DNA from: Lingula anatina
Lineage: Eukaryota; Animalia; Brachiopoda
Assembly: GCA_051362555.1 (NCBI GenBank)
Contig: CM120646.1
Coordinates: 62,001 to 126,000 of the forward strand
Length of the DNA: 64,000 nt
Reading direction: 5' to 3'
This document shows positions 38,657 to 50,600 of the stretch, piece by piece. Numbering within the stretch: the stretch's first letter is position 1; each line of letters starts with the position of its first letter. A program made the translations under genes and the position numbers. The notes beneath the pieces were generated by a model. The model had not been told where the DNA came from and ran no database searches. It saw only the letters and a program-made list of their open reading frames with translations.

Positions 38657-41600
38657 TCAGGACCAAATATCTTCCAGGTATTTTCTACTCTGTCTCTTTT
38701 CCATTAGATAAACCCTGGCTTCTTCCAGGCTGAAACCTAAAAAAAAAAAAAATAAAAATACAGCACATAAGACTTAACCACTGCTGTAAAATTGAGGGGA
38801 ACATCAATGTTTTGCACCTAAGGAACTTTACTTCATCTATTCTTTACAATGGTACGCAACATTTTTGTGTGTGAATATACGTACCTTTTATCATCTGCAA
38901 AATATCCAAGAATTTCTCATTAACGTTCCTTGCCATATTTTTGGCATCCCCACACACATACACTACAGCTCCGTGGCAGTCAATAAGGTCCACTACTTCC
39001 TGTGCATGGAGTCCCAGGTTGTCTTGCACATAGCGTGGAGCGCCATCTGGTAGTTGGTCTCTTGAGAAGGATGTCAAAAGTTTTGTAAGGATACCTTCTT
39101 TGGCAAACTGCTCCAACTGCTCTCTGGAAATGGGATGAGAACTGCAATGATAGTCTTAATTTATTAAGTTTTGAGTCAAGATCTTTGAGATATAAACTGG
39201 TTCTTTAGCTCAGTTTTCACCAAGGAACATCCCAACCACTTACGACACATCCACGAATGACATCAGTGAAGAATTATACATATTATATTTCATATACAGT
39301 TTCAATACACTTATATGTCTAGTTACCCTGGGAAAAGTTGTCAAATATTAACTAAAACTGTACCCAGGTGGGTGTGCAAATTAATCCAAGATGAAGGTTA
39401 TTTCATTTGTGGGAAGGGTGATAGTTTTATCATTATATTCTCACATACCACAAGGCTCAGTGTTTACCTGTACAAAAAGTCCTTGTCTTTATGTCTGCAG
39501 CCAAAGAATAGCCAGGTAGCTCCAAGGGTGGGCGGGGCTTGAATTTTCTTCAGTTCAGCCCTAAAAATAGTTATATATATTGATTTGACATTTTTGGTAC
39601 CGCATTTTGTGTAATCCACTTAATTTTCCATTCTTGTCAATATAATTTCACAATGGACATAAAATGCACAAACAAAGAAAAAAAAGAGAAAATTATTTAT
39701 TATAATTTAAGCAGTAGTCAGTGTGTCCTTGCATGCATGCATGCGCAAGCACGCGCGCTATGTGTGTGTGTGCGTGCGCGTGTGCGTGTGTGTTTGTGTG
39801 TGTGTGCTAGGGTCTACCTGTGCTGTAGGAACCCTACAAAAGGTGCCACTCCTGTGCCAGGACCTATCATGATCAAGGGTGTGTCAAGCGACTGTGGATG
39901 GTGGAAATACTGGTTGCTGCGCTGGTAAATGGGGACCTAAAGTTTTAACAGAAAAGATATCAACTGATTTGAACAGGAATGGCTTGTCACCTCATAAACC
40001 TTACTCAATTCATTTTTTTTTAAATTTACTACTTCTATTTTCTCATAAAACAAATTCTACACGACTCATATTTTAAAAAATATGTCCATTACCTATTTTT
40101 GTAAAGCCTAACTGATTAAACACTGCTAAACAGATACATGTGTATATATAATAATCAACTACACATTTTTACATGATAAATTAGATCTTTGAAATATAAG
40201 GACATTTTATTCATTTATCCCCGGAAGTCATATTGAAATGGAGTCACAGTGAATATTTTCCTTGCTGAAAATGAACAGACCTTAGGCATGTGTAAGCTCA
40301 GACTCTGGACCTTATCCAGCAACCATCTGTCACCAACTGTCCCAGTCTGGGAGGTGGCTGTCCCATGCTCCTCCATGTCCACAACTGTCCCAGTCTGGGG
40401 TGTGGTTGTCCCATGCTCCTCCATGTCCCCAACTGTCCCAGTCTGGGAGGTGGCTGTCCTGTGCTCCTCAATGTCCCCAACTGTCCCAGTCTGGGAGGTG
40501 GCTGTCCCATGCTCCTCCACGTCTGCAGTTATGCTAGTCTGAGAGGTGGCTGTCCCGTGCTCCTCCATGTCCCAAGTTATCCCAGTCTGAGAGGTGGCTG
40601 TCCCATGCTCCTCCATTTTCCCATTTATCCCAGTCTGGCAGGCAGCAGTCAGCCTGTTCAGCCATCCCGTGCACACACCCTGACGGGACAGAATCCTTCC
40701 CTCTCCAGACGGAAACTCCAGGATGTTGAAGACAAAATGGAGGCGCCCAGGTCTGGCCAGAGGAGAGCTGCTACAGGAGTAGGGGCGGCCCTGCAGCCGT
40801 GGCAGGTGCTCTGAAGATAAATGACCAGGTGGGGTGAAATCAGGTCAATTATAGGAACTGGTTTTGTGAAAAGTTTTAAAATCTTAACCATGTTATTTAC
40901 ACAAACTGTACATTGATAAATATTTATCTCTTTCCTAGATATTGATACTGAGCAAGTTAACATTTTTTGGCTGAAAAAACTCAATTTTGCTAATCAAGCA
41001 TTTAATTCCACACTGTTCCCTTTTTCTTCCCTTGACATGACATAAATAATACCTTTCGTCATAACTACATTCAGGTGGAGTGATATCAAGAGAACAATGC
41101 TATTATATTTGAGTGTTAAACACAAACTTACCAAGCACCCTACTCCACGGAGGAGTGCATGCTGGGAAAGCACGGAGAATATCGTACAAGGTCACCTTGC
41201 TTTCCCTGATGAACTTGGCATAATCAGGAGCTCCCTCACGACTGCTTAGTTCCAGCAAACGTCTCTTCTGTCCATCATGTGAAGTGTACTCAGCCAGCAG
41301 ACGTAAAAAAGCCTGAAAAAGGTTAGAATACACTTAAGTTATCAAAGCATCCTACAACACTATAGGTCTTCACAAATTCAAATATAATAATTAGTCTTTT
41401 AGAATCCAGTTTATTTAGGGATGTGACTGGGTCAGAATTAGAATCCTCTCAAATAAGAAAATTCCCAGAATAATTGCCTCACTTCACCTAATACATTATT
41501 TCCTTGTTTTGCACTGCGCTGTCACCAGGGCATGACGGGCAGTAAAACCACACCCATTTCTTACCTTCTTTGGTGCTGCTCTGATATCACACCCTGTCAC

Positions 41601-44600
41601 CAGGGCATGATGGACAGTAAAACTATGTCCATTTCTTACCTTCTTTGGTGCTGCTCTGATAATATCACTCCCCCGTCACCAGGGCATGATGGACAGTAAA
41701 ACCACACCCATTTCTTACCTTTTTTGGTGCTGCTCTGATATCACACCCCGTCACCAGGGCATGTTGGACAGTAAAACCACACCCATTTCTTACCTTTTTT
41801 GGTGCTGCTCTGATATCACACCCCGTCACCAGGGCATGTTGGACAGTAAAACCACACCCATTTCTTACCTTTTTTGGTGCTGCTCTGATATCACACCCCG
41901 TCACCAGGGCATGACGGACAGTAAAACCACACCACTCTTACCTTCTTTGGTGCTGCTCTGAGATCACACCCCGTCACCAGGGCATGACGGACAGTAAAAC
42001 CACACCCACTCTTACCTTCTTTGGTGCTGCTCTGATATCACACCCTGTCACTAGGGCATGACGGACAGTAAAACTACGCCCATTTCTTACCTTCTTTGGT
42101 GCTGTTCTGATATCACACCCTGTCACCAGGGCATGGCGGACAGTAAAACCACGCCCATTTCTTACCTTCTTTGGTGCTGTTCTGATATCACACCCTGTCA
42201 CTAGGGCATGGCGGACAGTAAAACCACGCCCATTTCTTACCTTCTTTGGTGCTGTTCTGATATCACACCCTGTCACCAGGGCATGGCGGACAGTAAAACC
42301 ACGCCCATTTCTTACCTTCTTTGGTGCTGTTCTGATATCACACCCTGTCACCAGGGCATGGCGGACAGTAAAACCACGCCCATTTCTTACCTTCTTTGGT
42401 GCTGTTCTGATATCACACCCTGTCACCAGGGCATGACGGACAGTAAAACCACACCCACTCTTACCTTCTTTGGTGCTGCTCTGATATCACACCCTGTCAC
42501 TAGGGCATGACGGACAGTAAAACTACGCCCATTTCTTACCTTCTTTGGTGCTGTTCTGATATCACACCCTGTCACCAGGGCATGGCGGACAGTAAAACCA
42601 CGCCCATTTCTTACCTTCTTTGGTGCTGTTCTGATATCACACCCTGTCACTAGGGCATGGCGGACAGTAAAACCACGCCCATTTCTTACCTTCTTTGGTG
42701 CTGTTCTGATATCACACCCTGTCACCAGGGCATGGCGGACAGTAAAACCACGCCCATTTCTTACCTTCTTTGGTGCTGTTCTGATATCACACCCTGTCAC
42801 CAGGGCATGGCGGACAGTAAAACCACGCCCATTTCTTACCTTCTTTGGTGCTGTTCTGATATCACACCCTGTCACCAGGGCATGACGGACAGTAAAACCA
42901 CACCCACTCTTACCTTCTTTGGTGCTGTTCTGATATCACACCCTGTCACTAGGGCATGACGGACAGTAAAACCACACCCACTCTTACCTTCTTTGGTGCT
43001 GTTCTGATATCACACCCTGTCACCAGGGCATGACGGACAGTACAAGGGTTGGGGAGGTAGGGAGGTACCACAGCCAGCTTCTTTTTTGTTTCCTGCTTCA
43101 ACATCATTCTGAAGGGAACATCTGCTATGTCTGACAGCTGGAGCCTAGGAACAGAGAAAAATAACCACTTTAACAATCAATTGTATATATTAATTAGAAT
43201 AAGGACAAGGGCTCTGTTACATAGTTTTTCTGTAATCACCTTAGTTGTCAGTGTTTGTACCAACTCCACAAAAAGATTAAGTTTTGGTCAAAGTTTTACA
43301 GACTTCAATCAATTCCTCCAACTGTGAACATTTCAGGCAAACTTTTGAATTACCTGAAGAGATATACCACAAACATGTTAATTCAAACCCTTCCCCCTCC
43401 TTGATTAATTATTCATTACCTGTCAATCAACATATCACACTCCTTCTTGTCATTAACACAGACCACACCAAATGTGTCACCAGGCTCATAGTCTATTGAT
43501 GTCCCCTGAAACAACAAATCACGATGAGTTAAGACCACACTTCTTCCAATATATATCACTGCCATGCTAGACAGGACATGGGTATTGAATATATATAATT
43601 ATTCTATCATGTGTGTCCATCGAGACTAACACTGATCTCCTTTTAAATAGTATCAAACTGACACAAAATTTCATTCTAAAGTACAGAGTGCCATATAAAA
43701 ATATTGCACTCTGTAACTGTTTACAAAAATATTTTTGTTTTAAACATAGCTGCCAGAGAAGCAAAATAAGTGTTTTGCATGTGAATGAGCACTTCATATC
43801 CCTTGTACATGTAATATTTCCAAGCTAATAGTGGGATTTCAAGTTATGCTCTAATGAATTCTGACATATTCAAACACAATGAAAATCTGACAATACAATT
43901 GGCTTCATTTCCCAAGAGGCTTCACAACTATTGCTCTTGGAAAACTGAATGCTAAAAATTGTATCGAGTCATGACAGACTACCTGAAACATTCAGTAAAG
44001 ACTGGGAATATATTGCTGTAAATTTTTACAAAATACCTAACACATCACCTGTGTGTTGTCCAGTTCAATTACTTACTGTGATGTCCAGTTCAATGTCCAC
44101 AGCCTTACTTACTGTGATGTCCAGTTCAATGTCCACAGTCTTACTTACTGTGATGTCCGATTCAATGTCCACAGCCTTACTGTGATGTCCAGTTCAATGT
44201 CCACAGCCTTACTTACTGTGATGTCCAGTTCAATGTCCAGAGCGGTTTTCAAAGCATCTTCTCTAGTCAACCTGGTGGCGGACACTATGGTTGCCATGGT
44301 AACAGCTGATGTGGCAGATGGCATTGGGCAACCATTTTGAACTGGAATCTGGTCCTGATTATCCTGTGACATGGTGATAAAATATAGATTTTAAATATTG
44401 TCACAAAGTAGAACAGAAGTGAATGCACTTATAAAGGTTTGAAGGGAAAACAGTATTTCTTCTACTATGTAACATACCTTGCAAAATGTCAATCCTAAAG
44501 CTAAATGAGGAATGGGAATGACAGAACAGATGGGGGAAATACAGTGAAGTGGTCTATCAACTACTCACCCAGGAGGTACCATGAAATACAGTGAAGTGGT

Positions 44601-47600
44601 CTATAAACTACTCACCCAGGAGGTACCATGAAATACAGTGAAGTGGTCTATAGACTACTCACCCAGGAGGTACCATGAAGAAACTCCAGCTCAAGGAACG
44701 GCTGTGGAAGACTTGGCACAGATAGTGCCTTGTCACATAGTGGTTGTACTGACGCTGCCAGGGTGGGGGCGGGGGATGTCTCTGGACTCTGAGACAACCT
44801 TGTGTCTTCTCTTGGCACAGACAGTGCCTTGTCACATAGTGGCTGTGTTGAAACTGCCAGGGAGGGGGCGGAGGAATTCTCTGGGCTCAGTGACAGCCTT
44901 GTGTCTTCTCTGCTGACAGAGTTTGTGTCAGTGCTAGAGTTGGAGATCTGGGCTACTTTCTCTCCACTTTTTACCTGACTAGCCATCTCACTTCTATATC
45001 CATTATCTGACACATTTAAAGAAATGGAACTTTCTCCCTGAACTGTATGTAAAACTGCCCCATTACCTTGAACAGAATTGTTTGAATTGAGCTCTTCATC
45101 TGCTTTAGCATTCCCATCTGTGTTACCATGACTACAACCATCTTGATCCAGTTTGACTTTATTTGAGCAATCACTTGTTTGAGCATATGGATTTGAGTGA
45201 ACCACACAACTTGGTAAAGGAAATCCACCAACTGATTCCAGTATTTCAGATTCAGAAACTTTGCCAAAGTTCTGATCTTTATTATCATCTATACCAACAA
45301 AATCCCCATTTCCTGTAAGTGTCTGTGCATTTATACTATTTTTCACATTTTGATGAATCGAGTCATTTTTTTCATCAACACCTGCCATTTCTTTGTTTCC
45401 ATGCCCAATAAAGTTTGGTTCTTTGTTTTCTATTGCATCACTGAGGACCTGGTCTTTATTTTCTAAATGTTTGTTGCTGCTTTGAATGGTGTCTGGGATA
45501 TCAAGTCCCAAATGTCTGCAGAGAGCAGGGTACAAACCTTCCAGCCACGGCTCCACAGCAACCTCCAGGCTGAAAAAAATAACAGATAGTCATAGAGGCT
45601 AACATAAACCCATTAATATATCCTGGTAGATTAACAAATAACAAACCTCCAGGCTGAAAAAAATAACAGACAGTCATAGAGGCTAACATAAACCCATTAA
45701 TATATCCTGGTAGATTAACAAATAACAAGGCTCAACTTTGTAAACTTAACATATCTCATTTTTACAGAGTTTCATTTTGATATTCAAGAATAAATGAGAG
45801 AACTCAAACATAGTTTTAATTCGCTAAAGCTTTGAACAATCTGAGATACAGCACTAAGAAGAAAGTTTTTCATCTTACTCTGACTACTAATCAGACATAA
45901 TTCAATTTTTTATTTTTTGTGTAAATATGTTATCATTTTCAATAAATAAAATATCTTGTACAAAATGGTGCAATGTGACTTCATATATTGTGCTCATACA
46001 CTAGCCTGGTTTAGGGCAGAAAGCAATCAAAACACCAGACAGCAAGGCTGACAAATGTTCAGACATTATGCAGAAAAAAGTGCACCAAATAATGTTTTGG
46101 ACAATTAGATGCAATGTTACATAATGCTTTAAAACAGCATAATCACTCTTACCCTCTTACATTATGTACTACAGGTAACATGGACACAGAAAAACTAGCA
46201 AGCATTTCAGTTCCATGGGAAAAAGCCACTAAAAACTTTAATGTGTGAAAAATACAAAAATTCACAAAAAAAAAAAAAAAAAAGAACAATTGCCATAAAT
46301 GTATACTGTTCATATTCATTTTCAAAAGCAACTTGCCTCTTTATCAAACAAAGTCACAGTAAATTTAAAGTGAAACAAAAATACGGTTTGGAAGTTATGG
46401 GGCGAATATCACCAAAATTGTGAAAAAAAAAAAAAAAAACATAATAAATACTGTAAATGTAAGCTGATCATGGCTATTTTTTGAAAGCAACCTGCCTCTT
46501 AACCAAACAAAGCCACTGACATAATCTGACAAATCATATTTACAAGACCCAATCAAAAAAGCAATCAAATATTCACTGTTTCTTGACATGAAGTCAATTG
46601 GGGCACATGCCAGCTAAATTAGTTTTTGCTTGAAAGCATCTTTGACTTCATGTATTCCATATTAGTCATCAATCAAGAGTTCAGAATAATGAGAGACTGG
46701 TGTGACATGAATGGTGTAAGAATCGGATAACCGATTTCTTGTTTATTTTGATTAATGTAGACATAAGCGGCCCATTTGCGTGATCTTTTATGTGAGGAGA
46801 TAGGATTGCGGGGAGAATTGATTGACACTTCAACAGCGTGGCTGTTTTGTAGTTAGCATTCCGTAGGAATAGACATTTTTAGCGACACTCCTTTGTGCTT
46901 TTATGACAGTTCAGACACCACATGGTATAATAATGTCAAGTTACTTTAGATGTTCAGTGATTTTGTAGAGGAAATTCAGCTTTCCAGGATAAAAAGGAAT
47001 AATTGACATCCACGAAAGCCAGCAATGTGAGTTTTTATGATTGCTCTGTTGTATAAGTTAATTTAACATTCTTAATGCAGTTTAAAGTTGTTTGTAACAC
47101 TCTGTTTTATTTAAGAAGATTTATTTATGTTCTTTTTTGTTTGTTTTCGTTTTAGTCAGAACCATTGGACTACAAGTACATGCGTTTCTGATGCTGGTTA
47201 TTGAAATAAACATACAGAATATTAATCAAGACTTTATTGTTTTCACTTAAGATCCGTGGGATCTTACAGTTCTGAATTGACTTTCCAACCATGTCACTTC
47301 AAGAGGAAATAGAAAGACAGCGTCATTTAATTGAAGAATTAGAAAGAGACATTGATCAATCTATTCACTCTCTTTTAAGAGACATAAAGAGAGAACATTC
47401 ACTTCTTACCAGTACACCGCACAATGTAGCTACTAGTACATCAATCAGTGAAGCTTCTATAAGCCCCATACCTCATCCAGGGACACCATACACATGTAGA
47501 TCAGAGGGTATTTCCACAATGAATGCAGTGTCTGTGACATCTCCTGTCACAATGCCATCACTTAGTGCATTAAGTTCGAACATTCCAGCTTTCAGCCAGA

Positions 47601-50600
47601 CGACATTCACATCTCACAATGTACCAGTTGTACCACAGTCTCAGTCTGCAATATCAACATCTAATATACCAGTGTCTGTTGCGGTACCACTCACACCTTT
47701 TCCTAAACCTGTTTGGACAATGCAGGCTGCCCCTCTCACTGCTTCGCATGCAACACAGTCCATGACACCACAGGATGACCGTTTACTGGGAAGTATTCCT
47801 GTATCATGTGAATTACCTGCGACTTCTCAGCTTACAGTGCCATCTCCAGCTGTATTTAGTACAAGCTCACCCGACTTTATTCACATATCACAACCAAATC
47901 TTTATCATCCCCATGGTGCAGTAGCATTCTCCGCATCTCAGACTCCGATTCCAACGAGATTTGAAACAACAGCGTCTGTCGCAGTGCCACCCGCACCCAC
48001 GCCTGCATACGGTATTCCATCTCAGACTATACAACACAGTGCAGTATATACACCAGTATCTGAGGCTATTCCACCAACAAGTGACTCATTGACCCCACTG
48101 ATAGATGCAATGCAGTTGCCAAAGGTAGAATTGATGCCATTTAATGGGAACCCTCTGCAGTACCACCCATTTATGAGATCATTTGAAAACATGGTAGGAC
48201 ATAAAAATGTCCCTCACGCTGCAAAATTGGCCAGACTCTTGCAATATTGTCGCGGTGAAGCTTATAATCTTATACAGTGTTGCTGTGTTATGGAACCAGA
48301 ACAGGGATATGCCACGGCTTTAAAGTTATTGAAAGAAAGGTACGGAGACAGTTATACTATTTCCCAGGCCTGGATACAGAAAATTATGAACAGGGGACCG
48401 GTGACGGATAATGTAGCTTTTCGGCACTTTGCTGATGAGTTGAGATGCTGCTTTGAAACCTTGCGTGCAGTTGGGAGAAAGGAAGACATAAATAGTGGGG
48501 ACTACCTACTTAAGATTGTACAAAAGCTGCCCCAGTATATTAAACCCAGATGGTTGAAGTTGGTACACAGTATTCGGTCTGAAGGGAGAAATCCTGACAT
48601 AGGGGACTTGGTTAACTTTATCTCTTTAGCAGCAGACGAAAGGAATGACCCCGTTTTTGGCCAGCTTCTGTCTACTGGCAGAGAAGGAAGGAACAGACAG
48701 ACCACTGCCAATTACAGCACAAGTACCGACAGTCCACTGTGTGCCTGTTGTGGCTCACATCACAGTTTATTCAACTGTGAAGAATTCAAAGGTTTGAGAG
48801 TACGAGATAGACTAACTTTAGCAAAACAAAAGAATTTATGTTTCAATTGTTTGAGAACAGGACATGTCGCCTTAAGATGTCCAGTGAACCGAGTATGCTC
48901 TGTAGAAGGGTGTGAACAGAAGCATACAAAATTTCTACATCTACCCCAGAGAAATGCAAACCAGAATACAGATGAAATGGATACTGAAGAAGTTGCTTGT
49001 AATGCCACAGGGGCCGGGGTGGGTAAGCAAAAGATTGCACTTCCCATCATTAGTGTGAAGGTCCGTGGGCAAGGTCAAACCCAATTTGTTGAAACATACG
49101 CTCTTTTAGATAGTGGCTCAACTCAGAGTTTCTGTTCAGAAGAGTTAACGAGGTCATTGAACTTGGAATCTACAAGGAAAATTCACAACATTGTTTTAAA
49201 CACACTTGGTCGCCAAAAGAGAGTATTCAGTAAATCTGTAAACTTGGAGGTGACAAATGCAGATGAAACATTGATATATGATATGACAGATGTATTGACT
49301 AGGCCCAAGCTAAATATAGGCACTGATAAAATTGTTACTCAGGAAGAGTTGGACAACTGGCAACATTTGAAGGACATAAAGTTACCAGAGGTAGACATTG
49401 ACCAAGTGCACATTCTTATTGGACAAGACATGCCAGAATTACTCAAACCAAGAGAGATCCGAGAAGGAAAGACAGGTATGCCATATGCAGTGAGAACAGC
49501 ACTGGGATGGACAATCAACGGTCCAATTGGAGAACGGTCAACAGAAAATGTTTCTAGTTATTTCGTGAACACTTCCAATGATCTCCAGGACCAGATCAAG
49601 AACTTGTGCAAGCTAGATGGACATGATGAAGATTTTTCAGCTATGTCTGTCAATGACAAGAAGGTTATGACTACCTGGAAAAATTCATTACACTATGATG
49701 AAGGAAAACAATACAGCATGGACATTCCATTCCAAGAGCAGCCACTAAATCTCCCAGATAACCGGTCTGTGGCAAATTTCCGTTTTCAGCGCCTTAAAAG
49801 GAGATTAAAGAAAGACAAGTGGCTCCAGAAAAGGTATATGGAAAGTATGGTAGAACTACGAGACAAAAGTTATGCAAAAGAGATGAAAGAGGCCTGTAAA
49901 GACGGCGGTTATGTTCGGTATCTGCCCCACCATCCAGCATTACACGCCAGAAAACCAGATAAAGTAGATAAAGTACGTATTGTTTACGACTGTGTAGCCG
50001 AGCACAAAGGCATTTCCGTGAATGATGCAATATATCAAGGCCCAGACTTAACAAACAAACTGATTGAGAATTTACCGCGTTTTAGGCATCACCCTGTTGC
50101 TTTATGGCTGATATTGAAGGGATGTTTTTACAAGCTAAGGTGAACGAGAATCATCGTGACTTGCTTCGATTCTTGTGGTGGAAGAATGATGATATGAACA
50201 AATAAGTTCAAGTTTAAATGACAAGGCATATGTTTGGAGGGGTATTGAGTCCAAGTTGTGCATTATTTAATTGCCCTACGGCGTACTGCGCTGGACGATT
50301 CCTCGAATTTCACCTCTCAGGCTATACCTGTAGAAACTGTATTGCGGAATTTTTATGTTTATGTTGTCTCAAACCAGTACCTGAACACAACATGGAATCT
50401 TCAAGAGACCAGTGACAAAACTCTGTCTTCTGGGAGGTGTAGACTGATGTGACGGAGGTTAAAGTGGTTAAGTCATAGACCTTTTTAATTACAGCGTAGA
50501 CAAAATATTGTAATCTGGGTCTGTAGTTAAATTTATAATATAATTTATGCAATGTGGGTACATGTGCATAAGGGGCCGGTGTAAGAATCGGATAACCGAT

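Noticed and set aside
41665-42959. Repetitive 80-150 aa ORFs on both strands as independent genes
   Set aside because: By-products of 75-nt units copied from the MTRR exon end; they lie within an intron.
41521-43041. Regularly spaced repeats (also 2963-3508, 30775-31218, 51137-52098) as CRISPR arrays
   Set aside because: Units are contiguous with no unique spacers, there are no cas genes, and the context is a spliceosomal-intron eukaryote.
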